Origin: Patescibacteria group bacterium
GTDB lineage: Bacteria; Patescibacteriota; Patescibacteriia; Patescibacteriales; UBA12465
Reading direction: 5' to 3'
Assembly: GCA_050949505.1 (NCBI GenBank)
Contig: JBMNFV010000001.1
Coordinates: forward strand, 637,644 to 701,643
Length of the DNA stretch: 64,000 bases
The notes beneath the pieces were generated by a model that saw nothing but the letters and a program-made list of their open reading frames with translations, was not told where the DNA came from and searched no databases. Every line of letters begins with the position of its first letter. Positions within the stretch are counted from its first letter, which is position 1. Shown piece after piece: positions 6,201 through 13,296 of this stretch. The position numbers were made by a program, and so were the translations under genes.

Positions 6201-9067
6201 TTAGTGCCTCCAAAATAAGTATAATGATTATATCCACTTCCAAGTACAGCAGTAACATTACCTGTGTCTCCTCCTAAGTCTACTGCTCCAGTAACATCTA
6301 GCTTCCCTCTTGGAGAAGTTACTCCCACTCCTAAACTTCCAGCCACCAACAAATTGTTAGTTCCGTAATTGCCTCCAGATGCCCCATAGCCAATTAACAT
6401 AGAGGCTGTTGGGGATTGTACAGGATGAGTGCTATCGCCACTGAGTCTTAGTCCGTAATTTTCTGTTATCTTTATATTGGGATTATTTCTAAAAATATAA
6501 TCTAGAGCCAAAACACTTCCATCCACATTAAGCCTAGCGCCATTAGCATTAGTCGTCCCTATGCCAACATTCCAAGAGTTATCTGCCACGTAAACATTAT
6601 TTCCATTTAACCTCCAATACTGGGTTGAGGTGGCACTATAATTATCTTCCAAAAATCCAAAAGATACTGCCTGATCTCTGTCAGTAGGAACTATCGCCAT
6701 GTTAGACACATAACCCCCTCCTGCATCGATGGTACTTTGCCCGCCAGTACCAACTACATGTAGCATTGTTGAGGGACTGACTGTCCCTATTCCCACATTT
6801 CCCCCTGGAGCAATGACCATTCTATTAGCACCGTCAAGAAAGAAGGTTAAGTTTTCTGAACTAGGAATATGAATTCTTCCATAACCCGATCTTCCTCCGC
6901 CATAATCGTACATTTGAATTTCTTTCTTACTGGCTAAAATAAAATGACTGTTAAAATAAGTGGCTACAGCATGATAATCTATATTAGCTAAGGCACTGCC
7001 AGTATAAGCAGATATTGTCCTGCCATTACTTCCTCCAAATCTTAGCTCCCCTGTTCCATTGCTAACTACTAATTTAGAATTAGGATCACTCGTCCCTATC
7101 CCCACATTACCTAATGTATTATTATTATAAATATTATTATTATTACCTAAAGTCCAAAATCCTGATTGAGTACCAACTGTAGAAGTAGCTGTGGGGAGGA
7201 CAATGCCATCTACATACCCCTTATTAACTACATCCTCAGGTTGAGTAAAGGTGTAATTTCGCATTTTAATTAATCCATCAACATCTAGGGCAGCTTGAGG
7301 ACTAGTTGTACCTATTCCTATATTCCCTTTTAAGATTGTTTTAGTAATACTATCACTTCCTAATACTACCGTATTTGACCCTGCTCCTATCGCATTATAG
7401 CCAATCACTATTTCATTATTAGTTCTATCTGCCGAGGCTTTAGAATTAGCTCCTATATACACTCCATAATTACCGGCTGTTCTGGTAGCTTTGTTATCTG
7501 CCAACCTACTGCCTGCATGCAAGCCTATTCCCACATTTCCCGTTCCTGAAGTTTGATAATATAGAGAATAGACTCCTACTCCTGTATTAGAATTACCTGT
7601 TTTATGACTAACTAAAGCACCATGACCAAGTGCTGAATTATCATTTCCATCTATATTATCACCCAACGAAGACCCTCCAATGGCAACGTTTTGATAGCCT
7701 GTTTCATTACTGCTCAAAGCAAGGTCCCCAAAGGCTTGATTTTTATAACCCGAGGTATTGGATTGCAATGCTCTGCTACCTACTGCTGTGCTCTGCAGTC
7801 CAGTGGTTAAATTAGTTAATGCTAAATAACCTATCGCCGTATTATACCTTCCTTCAGTTATTGAGGTTAAAGTGTTGGCACCAACTGCAGTATTGTATGA
7901 TCCGTGAGTACTACTACTACCTCTCATGGTAAAATTACCTGAATTCATGCCCACAAAAACATTATAACCATCACGTCCCGATGGCTTAAAGTCATGAATA
8001 AAGGGACTGCCATCTTTATAAATCACTCCCGTAGTAGTGCTAGTAGTCACTGGTAAACGAAGACTACCAGTTAACTGTAATTGCTGTTGAGGATTGGTGG
8101 TGCCGATCCCAATATTACCTGTATCTGCCTTAATAGTCAGCCTTTCTGTTCCACTGGCGATAAGGCCGATGTCTTGATTATTTAAAGAACCTAGTAGGCC
8201 TTTTGCAACTAAAGTATTTCCACCTAACTCCCAACCACTTCCCTTAGCAGCAAAGTTATTGTCCACATATTCTTTGTTAGTTAGATGATACCATAGAGAG
8301 GGTCCTGTATAGACCGCTACTTGCCTAAAGCCGGTGCTAATAGCTGGTCGATCAGAGGCTTCTTCTTCCACATAGAGCCTAGTAGATGTTGGCGATGAAG
8401 TAGCTCCTAGGTAAAGATCTCCTCCTGCCAACCAACTAATTCCACTACTACCTATTCTTACGCTTTTACTAGGATAGTTTAAATACAAATCTTGAGCTGA
8501 TAGAGCAGAATAATAATAAATCCCTTGGCTTGTTTCACTATAATCATAAATAAATAAACTATTGCTTATACCTGGACCAACTAAATACAGTCTGCCATTT
8601 TTTGGAGACAATTGAAGCCTACCATCTATCCCTGCCGAAATATCTGCGTAATTGCTACTATCATAAGAAAATCTTAGAGTGTTGTTAGCTCCAAAAAGAG
8701 TTAACTTAGGCCCGCTGTCACTAGGAGCATTGGTGGTGCCGATCCCTAAGGGGCCGGTCATGTAGGTAGGTTGCCAGGTATTAACAAAGTCACTTAATAG
8801 GTTGTTCCACTCAAAGCTAGTTAAGGTAGCATTAATTAGCTTTTGATAAGCCTCTGGTTCATGTGGAGGAAAACTTGCCTGGGTTGGGATTTCTTGAGCT
8901 AAAGCTGCCTTAGGGAAAACTATTGCTAGTAACAAAAAAACCGCGCAATTAAATACGATAACGCTAGGAGTAAGCTTATTTTTCCCTCTTTGATTAAGAA
9001 TCATTAGACTCTTTAAATTTTTCTTATTTACATCTCTCATTGTATCATTTTTGAACTTCCCTGCCAA
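3284..9067 (-). CDS. Giant secreted fibre/adhesin (1927 aa) built from tail-fibre-like and YadA-head-like repeat modules
   Basis: The ORF is in the track. A signal-peptide-like segment (VIVFNCAVFLLLAIVFPKAALA|QE) is present. There are about 13 copies of G-N-[IV]-G-I-G-T-x-x-P-x-x-x-L. Two approx 280-aa modules carry N-x-A-[IV]-G-x-x-[AS]-L heptad-like repeats (NTAVGANTL, NTAIGYLAL, NQAFGDLAL, NVAIGGSSL, NSALGHGAL), typical of YadA-head or tail-fibre left-handed beta-rolls. Collar-like motifs HAATKAYVDAAILP (x2) and DVVNKGYVDGIVLP are present. The start is ambiguous: TTG 9067, ATG 9040 or ATG 9004. Confidence 0.8.
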   Translation of the reverse strand: MAGKFKNDTMRDVNKKNLKSLMILNQRGKNKLTPSVIVFNCAVFLLLAIVFPKAALAQEIPTQASFPPHEPEAYQKLINATLTSFEWNNLLSDFVNTWQPTYMTGPLGIGTTNAPSDSGPKLTLFGANNTLRFSYDSSNYADISAGIDGRLQLSPKNGRLYLVGPGISNSLFIYDYSETSQGIYYYSALSAQDLYLNYPSKSVRIGSSGISWLAGGDLYLGATSSPTSTRLYVEEEASDRPAISTGFRQVAVYTGPSLWYHLTNKEYVDNNFAAKGSGWELGGNTLVAKGLLGSLNNQDIGLIASGTERLTIKADTGNIGIGTTNPQQQLQLTGSLRLPVTTSTTTGVIYKDGSPFIHDFKPSGRDGYNVFVGMNSGNFTMRGSSSTHGSYNTAVGANTLTSITEGRYNTAIGYLALTNLTTGLQSTAVGSRALQSNTSGYKNQAFGDLALSSNETGYQNVAIGGSSLGDNIDGNDNSALGHGALVSHKTGNSNTGVGVYSLYYQTSGTGNVGIGLHAGSRLADNKATRTAGNYGVYIGANSKASADRTNNEIVIGYNAIGAGSNTVVLGSDSITKTILKGNIGIGTTSPQAALDVDGLIKMRNYTFTQPEDVVNKGYVDGIVLPTATSTVGTQSGFWTLGNNNNIYNNNTLGNVGIGTSDPNSKLVVSNGTGELRFGGSNGRTISAYTGSALANIDYHAVATYFNSHFILASKKEIQMYDYGGGRSGYGRIHIPSSENLTFFLDGANRMVIAPGGNVGIGTVSPSTMLHVVGTGGQSTIDAGGGYVSNMAIVPTDRDQAVSFGFLEDNYSATSTQYWRLNGNNVYVADNSWNVGIGTTNANGARLNVDGSVLALDYIFRNNPNIKITENYGLRLSGDSTHPVQSPTASMLIGYGASGGNYGTNNLLVAGSLGVGVTSPRGKLDVTGAVDLGGDTGNVTAVLGSGYNHYTYFGGTKAGRIRGSNEGYLVLEAYPTGTNATINFYTNNSSRMKIGYDGNIGIGIFSPQYKLDVNGSARFNNTVIVATPTADDHAATKAYVDAAILPTSTPYVGEQLGFWTGGSNNSIYNANVGNVGIGIGAIDPVSQLSVYGDTGNLLTIRNSASNSYTAMAFRDNRDNNSYKFQVGVYGSSYASPNTSNAFLYNTAGGGIGFYAGTGNPANDLRLLLTKGGNVGIGTASPSTMLHVVGTGGQNTINAGKGFIGGLDLTPTEPDQAVPLGYLQNNYSATSTQYWNKSGSNVYVADSDWKIGIGTTVPSAMLTVASSSSIPALKLNGSGTYGSGFLATIGNYGTLSQASSGNNFITWGAYNSGSTWVRSYGGNISGLVNISIGNGDMLSIQTDHRASPDSPVFSDVLKIKGRSVSIATSTTESTVSLLVDGAGYFSNVVTVGTPTASGHAATKAYVDAAILPTSTPYVGEQLGFWVGGSNNSIYNANLGNVGIGTTNPQQQLQLTGSLRLPVTTSATTGVIYKDGSPFIHDFKPSGRDGYNVFVGMNSGNFTMRGSSSDHGSYNVAVGANTLSSLTSGRKNVAVGNQALESNTEGQLNTGVGHLALQVNTTGYNNQAFGYGALFRNATGSTNVAIGGLALGNNISGSGNSALGHGAVSENKTGSSNTGVGAYSLLYQVSGSGNVGVGTNAGSKLADDITKRTTGNYGVYIGANTKSLANGASNEIVIGYNAIGNGSSTATFGNSFMKYHFFPAGDVYIGTTTLIGTSSKLVVWDYESNKNMLTFAGTGHVRGLDQTPFGDDYAVPLGYLKNTVLPGLTWLTNGNYLNAKRVLGSTNSEDIGFITSGTERMTITASGNIGIGTTNPQAKLQVEGGLVLKTTYVNNANYTAKADDYIIAYSAINAHRTVYLPDSLCQTGRFFVIMDQSGSSTPATTITIQPSTSGSTPSSNYKIIGRDNFVISNPYNAVYVFCGQNQWFLL
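4561..4746. repeat. Intragenic near-identical repeat A, copy 2 (partner 7921..8106)
   Basis: Manual alignment gives 5 mismatches in 186 nt. The offset is exactly 3360 nt (1120 codons, in frame). This is the core of a more diverged approx 750-nt module duplication (approx 4000-4760 vs 7360-8110). Confidence 0.9.
4767..4879. repeat. Intragenic repeat B, copy 2 (partner 5862..5974)
   Basis: About 10 mismatches in 113 nt by eye. The offset is 1095 nt (365 codons). It encodes HAATKAYVDAAILPTSTPYVGEQLGFW. Confidence 0.85.
5491..5560. repeat. Intragenic repeat C, copy 2 (partner 6736..6805)
   Basis: 6 mismatches in 70 nt by eye. The offset is 1245 nt (415 codons). It encodes GGNVGIGT[AV]SPSTMLHVVGTGGQ. 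Confidence 0.85.
5862..5974. repeat. Intragenic repeat B, copy 1 (partner 4767..4879)
   Basis: See partner. Confidence 0.85.
6736..6805. repeat. Intragenic repeat C, copy 1 (partner 5491..5560)
   Basis: See partner. Confidence 0.85.
7921..8106. repeat. Intragenic near-identical repeat A, copy 1 (partner 4561..4746)
   Basis: See partner. It encodes IGTTNPQQQLQLTGSLRLPVTTS[TA]TTGVIYKDGSPFIHDFKPSGRDGYNVFVGMNSGNFTMRG. Confidence 0.9.
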
Positions 9068-9086
9068 TAGTTTTCTTAATATTTAA

Positions 9087-9461
9087 CTATAATTTATTTA
9101 ATCTAATCTCTACATTTCGTTTAGTATTCTGATACTCCCCTACTGAGTTAAAGATAATTGGACCAAAGTTTATATAATTTACCTGATAACTCGGTCCAGA
9201 CTTTAGATCTCCTGTAAATACCCCCGTCTCTGGAGGGTAGTGACTACCAATATCCCAATCATTTTGTCGCAACTCATACAGCAGCTGCTCCGCACCAGTC
9301 TCCGCTGCGAAATAGGCTTTAATGGATTGTGACTGAACTTGTGAAGAGCGCAAGGAAACTAGAACTATGTAAGAACCTGAAAAAGCAATAATCATCATCC
9401 CCGCTAGGATAAAAATAGTGAGAATTAAAGCACTGCCAGTTACTAACTGTTTCTTCTTCAT
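9087..9461 (-). CDS. PilX_N-like pilus-associated small protein
   Basis: The N-terminus MKKKQLVTGSALILTIFILAGMMIIAF, followed by SLRSSQVQSQSIKAYFAAETGAEQ, resembles the PilX N-terminal domain pattern (G-S-A-L ... A..AAE.G.E). It lies directly after three prepilin genes, with a 13-nt gap. Confidence 0.5.
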   Translation of the reverse strand: MKKKQLVTGSALILTIFILAGMMIIAFSGSYIVLVSLRSSQVQSQSIKAYFAAETGAEQLLYELRQNDWDIGSHYPPETGVFTGDLKSGPSYQVNYINFGPIIFNSVGEYQNTKRNVEIRLNKL

Positions 9462-9474
9462 AAGTCTAGCTCAA

Positions 9475-10104
9475 TTAATTAGAGATATTTTTATAATACC
9501 TGGAGGCCACACTAGTTTGTAGGGTCAGCTCCTCCACCTCCTTATTGCTATCACTAGCCACGGCCCTTATCATCATTGTTACTATCGGCTGGATATTATC
9601 TCCTTTTTTAATTAAAAACTTAAGTTCCTTAATATCTATTTTCTGAGGAGAAAGACTGCCTTCTACCATTAACATTCCTCCCCCTTCTAGTGGTGTTTCT
9701 CGTCTAATGTAGAAGCGGGTAATCTCTCCTTCGTTAACTAGATAATAGCTAACACATTGGTCGTAATAGTTCTTAAACCTTAACTCTTGATTATTACCAA
9801 CATTGGTTAAGAAAAATATTTCTTGATTAGGAATGCCTGAGCAATCTCCCTCATTAGTCTTAGCCATTCTCATCTCCTTAGAGGTCATTTCAAAGAAATA
9901 TTTTAAGCTATCTTGAATATTTTGGTTAGCTAAAGATTGTCGCTGGGAGTCTATAGATAGCTTAAACAAGCCCGTAACTGACAGAATGATAAAAGCAAAC
10001 AGCGAGACTGATACCAATAACTCCACTAGGGTAAATCCCGGTAAATTGCTAGCTATTTTTCTCTGGTGTTGTTTATTAGAGCCAATCATAAAGGTCGGTG
10101 TCAA
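9475..10104 (-). CDS. Prepilin-type N-terminal cleavage/methylation domain protein (minor pilin or pseudopilin)
   Basis: Class III signal: NLPG|FTLVELLVSVSLFAFIILSV, with G at -1, F at +1, E at +5 and a hydrophobic helix. An alternative start is ATG 10089. Confidence 0.8.
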   Translation of the reverse strand: MTPTFMIGSNKQHQRKIASNLPGFTLVELLVSVSLFAFIILSVTGLFKLSIDSQRQSLANQNIQDSLKYFFEMTSKEMRMAKTNEGDCSGIPNQEIFFLTNVGNNQELRFKNYYDQCVSYYLVNEGEITRFYIRRETPLEGGGMLMVEGSLSPQKIDIKELKFLIKKGDNIQPIVTMMIRAVASDSNKEVEELTLQTSVASRYYKNISN

Positions 10105-10624
10105 TAAAGTATATTTTATAAGTCCTCCCTGTACGCCAATAGACTGAGGAACGAATGCCTATTTTATATGGTTCTTCTTCGCTAGAAGTAATTTTAATAA
10201 TCCTTGCAAACTCCCCTTCGCCTAGTTTGCTCTCAGGAGCACTAACGTAGAAGCCGGACATACTTCTACCCAAACGGCCATATTCAGGAATATCCCGAGC
10301 TGCCTCTAGCTGATAATTAGTATTTTGTATATCAAGATAATAGTCTCCTGGAGCTAGGCCTTCGTTCCAGTCTTGCCCCTGGCGCCAATTATTATCCCTA
10401 ATTCCCCTAACCAACTCTATTCCCTCTTGCGCTAACTGATAGGCAATTAAGGTATTCTTGTTTTCAGCCTCCCCTTTAACACTTTGAGTGATTAAGGTGA
10501 TCATGCCCGTTAAGGCTACCGAGATAATAAACAGAATGGTAATAATCTCAATTATTGAAAAGCCGGCTTGTAATTTTAAGGACTTAAACTTAGTCATAGT
10601 CTTAACAATCTTCACATAATTCAA
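10076..10624 (-). CDS. Prepilin-type N-terminal cleavage/methylation domain protein (minor pilin or pseudopilin)
   Basis: Class III signal: LKLQAG|FSIIEIITILFIISVALTGMI. An alternative start is ATG 10597 (MTKFKSLKLQAG). It overlaps both neighbouring genes. Confidence 0.8.
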   Translation of the reverse strand: MNYVKIVKTMTKFKSLKLQAGFSIIEIITILFIISVALTGMITLITQSVKGEAENKNTLIAYQLAQEGIELVRGIRDNNWRQGQDWNEGLAPGDYYLDIQNTNYQLEAARDIPEYGRLGRSMSGFYVSAPESKLGEGEFARIIKITSSEEEPYKIGIRSSVYWRTGRTYKIYFIDTDLYDWL

Positions 10625-11261
10625 TTAGCCCCAAGAAGTTAACAAACACTGTTTTAGTTTCTTGAGTATTGGTATCTTGAATAATAATTTTCACTGCTTG
10701 GTATTCATTCTGCCGGTAACTGTCATTGATAATTGTCTGCGGGTCTGGAGGAACGAAGTTAATATTTACTAACTCCGCCACTGGTCCCCAGCCCCCACTC
10801 AGGGCTAAGATCTCTTTAATAATAATATTTTTAGGGAAAGCAATGATTCTTGCCCCCCTAGACACATCGGCTTCACCGGCATTTAACTCTCCAAAATGTT
10901 CACTAGCTGGCAAATAATCACCATTGGCATCTAAGGTCTGGGGCTCATCTAAGTCAGCAAAGATAATATATTGATTATTTCGGGCGGCATTAATATCAAA
11001 GTTTACCGCCCAACCGCCTGGAGGAAAACTATCCCCATACTTAACTAAGCCTAAAGTATCATTCTGAGCACTGCGAATATCCGCTACCATTTTCTGCGCC
11101 GTTGTATTTAAATCCATGCTCCTATTCCCTCGCTGATAATTAGCGATAAATATAGTGGTAATCATCACTATCACAAAAATGCTAGTGAGCATTTCGGTCA
11201 AGGTAAAGCCGGCCTTTAAGTTTTTATGGCGCCCTAACTTCACGCCAAATTGGCAAGTCAT
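10602..11261 (-). CDS. Prepilin-type N-terminal cleavage/methylation domain protein (minor pilin; GspH/FimT-like size)
   Basis: Class III signal: KNLKAG|FTLTEMLTSIFVIVMITTIFI. It overlaps the upstream 528-aa gene. Confidence 0.8.
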   Translation of the reverse strand: MTCQFGVKLGRHKNLKAGFTLTEMLTSIFVIVMITTIFIANYQRGNRSMDLNTTAQKMVADIRSAQNDTLGLVKYGDSFPPGGWAVNFDINAARNNQYIIFADLDEPQTLDANGDYLPASEHFGELNAGEADVSRGARIIAFPKNIIIKEILALSGGWGPVAELVNINFVPPDPQTIINDSYRQNEYQAVKIIIQDTNTQETKTVFVNFLGLIELCEDC

Positions 11262-12810
11262 AATTTATATTATTTATCTCTTTGCTTATAGAACAAAAAT
11301 ATTTATCACTATCTTCTACTCTTAGCTCCACCTTCGCTGAGCCAGTGGTATTAAAGGCCATGGTGGTAGTGGCCGCGGTAGGGTCAGTGATTATTACGCT
11401 TCCCTTTTCCCCTTGGTTAGCCTCCGCCCACCAAGCGTAAATACAGCTACCATCCTGACAAGAGCGCTTCTCATTTTGCCCATTAACTAGCTTATAGTAG
11501 TATGATTGTTTAGTCTCATCAGACTCATCAAAGCTAAAAAACTCTATATCTTCGCCAGTGATTACTTCAGTAGGCGAGTAGCTGAAATAGGGGCTAGGGA
11601 ATTTATGCTTAAAGGTGGTGAAGGTTTTAGGATTGTTATCCGGGTCTTCATCAGTATCACTTTCAGTATTGCCATAATACTGATACCAGTCAGTTAACTC
11701 CCCGGACTGATAATAGAGTCTAATCCACCAATAGTAGTTGGTGTTATAGTTTAACTTGCTCAAACAATTATTATCGCTATGAATTACGTATTGGTTGTTT
11801 GGGTTGTATCTACCTTTCACAAAACAAGTTAAGTCTGCTTCGTTAATTTCATCTAAGTTTGGACTAGGGCCTAAGTCTACTTCGTTAATAATTATTTGAT
11901 AACCAGCTTGTCCGCCACTTGATTGCCCATCTACTTGCCGGAGACCACTCTTGACACACCAATTCAAAGTTCCTCCCAGTCCACTACTATTACCACTACA
12001 GGCATCAGAATAGCTAAAGTTAGGGGCTGATAAGCTGCCAATCGCTAAAGTGCTAATAAAGACTCGGTAATTAGCTCGCTCGGTACATTTATCCTCTCCC
12101 GCCTCAGTTTCACAATTAAAATACAGGTCTCCTAAGGGACTACTAGCGGTGCCAAAGAAGTCTCCGGGAAGGACATTAGAGCTAGGGGAAGTGTTATTGG
12201 GATACAGGCTAGTATATAATTTATACCCCTCAATATCCTCCGCACAAGTTTGCAGTCTCACTGGCACCTTGTTTTCAACGATCGGAAAGTCACTATCTAA
12301 ACGTATCCAGCGGTCACTGCCACTCTGCTCATCTACTTGAGCCCAACCATAAATTTTCTTTTGGGCTTCATTAAAGCAGGCCCAACACTCATTACCACCA
12401 TCACAGGTCTGCTCACAATTACTAGCAAAGTCATAATTAGGGGGTGTAGAGGTTCCTGAGAAAGACACCCTACCCAACTTCTCATTCCAGGCCTGACCTC
12501 TAAAATTATTGTTAGCATCAATAGTGACTCCGTAAATGCCGCGAGAGCAAGGAGGGGCAAAAAATTCAAAACCGGGGGGGTAATTCATATTGCCCTCCAC
12601 ATCTAAATTTCCTCCAGAAGTTTCATCTAGGCAATTGAAATACAGGAAACCATTTTCTCCCCACCAAGCCATCCCTCTGACCGTTGAGGTAGCGGCCGCT
12701 TGCCCTAACTGAGGGGAAAAGAAAATAAGCAGTGCTAAACTAATTCCCCCTAGCCAAATACTAATCGTGAGCACTCTTCGTCTAAATTTTATCACTCCTA
12801 AACTATTCAT
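11224..12810 (-). CDS. Cys-rich secreted protein at the head of the minor-pilin cluster; function unknown
   Basis: Signal or anchor segment LTISIWLGGISLALLIFFSPQLGQAAA. There are four degenerate G-x-A-[WQ]...G-x-x-x-F motifs (RGMAWWGENGFLYFNC, RGQAWNEKLGRVSFSG, YGWAQVDEQSGSDRWIRLD, SSPLGDLYFNC) and many Cys residues. Gene order is shared with the pilins. Confidence 0.45.
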   Translation of the reverse strand: MNSLGVIKFRRRVLTISIWLGGISLALLIFFSPQLGQAAATSTVRGMAWWGENGFLYFNCLDETSGGNLDVEGNMNYPPGFEFFAPPCSRGIYGVTIDANNNFRGQAWNEKLGRVSFSGTSTPPNYDFASNCEQTCDGGNECWACFNEAQKKIYGWAQVDEQSGSDRWIRLDSDFPIVENKVPVRLQTCAEDIEGYKLYTSLYPNNTSPSSNVLPGDFFGTASSPLGDLYFNCETEAGEDKCTERANYRVFISTLAIGSLSAPNFSYSDACSGNSSGLGGTLNWCVKSGLRQVDGQSSGGQAGYQIIINEVDLGPSPNLDEINEADLTCFVKGRYNPNNQYVIHSDNNCLSKLNYNTNYYWWIRLYYQSGELTDWYQYYGNTESDTDEDPDNNPKTFTTFKHKFPSPYFSYSPTEVITGEDIEFFSFDESDETKQSYYYKLVNGQNEKRSCQDGSCIYAWWAEANQGEKGSVIITDPTAATTTMAFNTTGSAKVELRVEDSDKYFCSISKEINNINYDLPIWREVRAP

Positions 12811-12824
12811 AACTATTTACCCAA

Positions 12825-13292
12825 CTAATCACTATCTTTAATTATATCATTGACTGACTGATTATAAAACCGGGCGAGAAATTCTGCTCCCCGTTTAAGC
12901 ATTGCTTGACGCCCGGCCTCTGTATCATCTTGATAACCAATTAAATGAAGTAGTCCGTGAATCAAAAGAAATTCTAAAATATCTGTAGCTGAACGCCGCT
13001 TACCAAAAACTGTTAAATAGTTGTTAGGCTTAGCAACGGCGACTAAATTAATGACTATCTCACCCAGTAACTGATTCTGAGGTACTTGCGCACTAGCAGG
13101 AAAAGATAAAATATCAGTTGCCCGATCTATTCCTCTAAATTCTCGGTTAAGCCGTCGCATTCGTCTCGCTCCCACTAGCACTAAAGAAACTTCTTGATTC
13201 TCTAAGCCCTGCTCCCCTAGCCAAGCCTGCCCCAACTTTTGTAGCTGAGTCAAATTAACTGTCTGACGGGTAGTGTTTCTAACTATTATCAT
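12825..13292 (-). CDS. ybeY: rRNA maturation endoribonuclease YbeY
   Basis: Carries the YbeY metal-binding H-G-x-L-H-L-x-G-Y motif (HGLLHLIGYQD). At 155 aa the size is typical. Confidence 0.85.
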   Translation of the reverse strand: MIIVRNTTRQTVNLTQLQKLGQAWLGEQGLENQEVSLVLVGARRMRRLNREFRGIDRATDILSFPASAQVPQNQLLGEIVINLVAVAKPNNYLTVFGKRRSATDILEFLLIHGLLHLIGYQDDTEAGRQAMLKRGAEFLARFYNQSVNDIIKDSD

Positions 13293-13296
13293 TGTT

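Noticed and set aside
3284-9067. Whether the near-identical repeats in the giant gene are the template/variable repeat pair of a diversity-generating retroelement (DGR).
   Set aside because: The window has no reverse transcriptase or accessory gene. The mismatches between copies (a/g, g/a, t/c, a/t, c/a) are not confined to adenine positions of one copy. The repeats also lie in fibre-shaft modules rather than in a C-terminal C-type-lectin or Ig-like variable region.
12333-12569. The 78-aa same-strand ORF nested in the 528-aa gene, and antisense ORFs within dnaB (17072..17368), femX (13706..14083), murA (19527..19877) and the atp genes.
   Set aside because: They are nested or antisense to strongly supported genes and have no motifs or independent signals.
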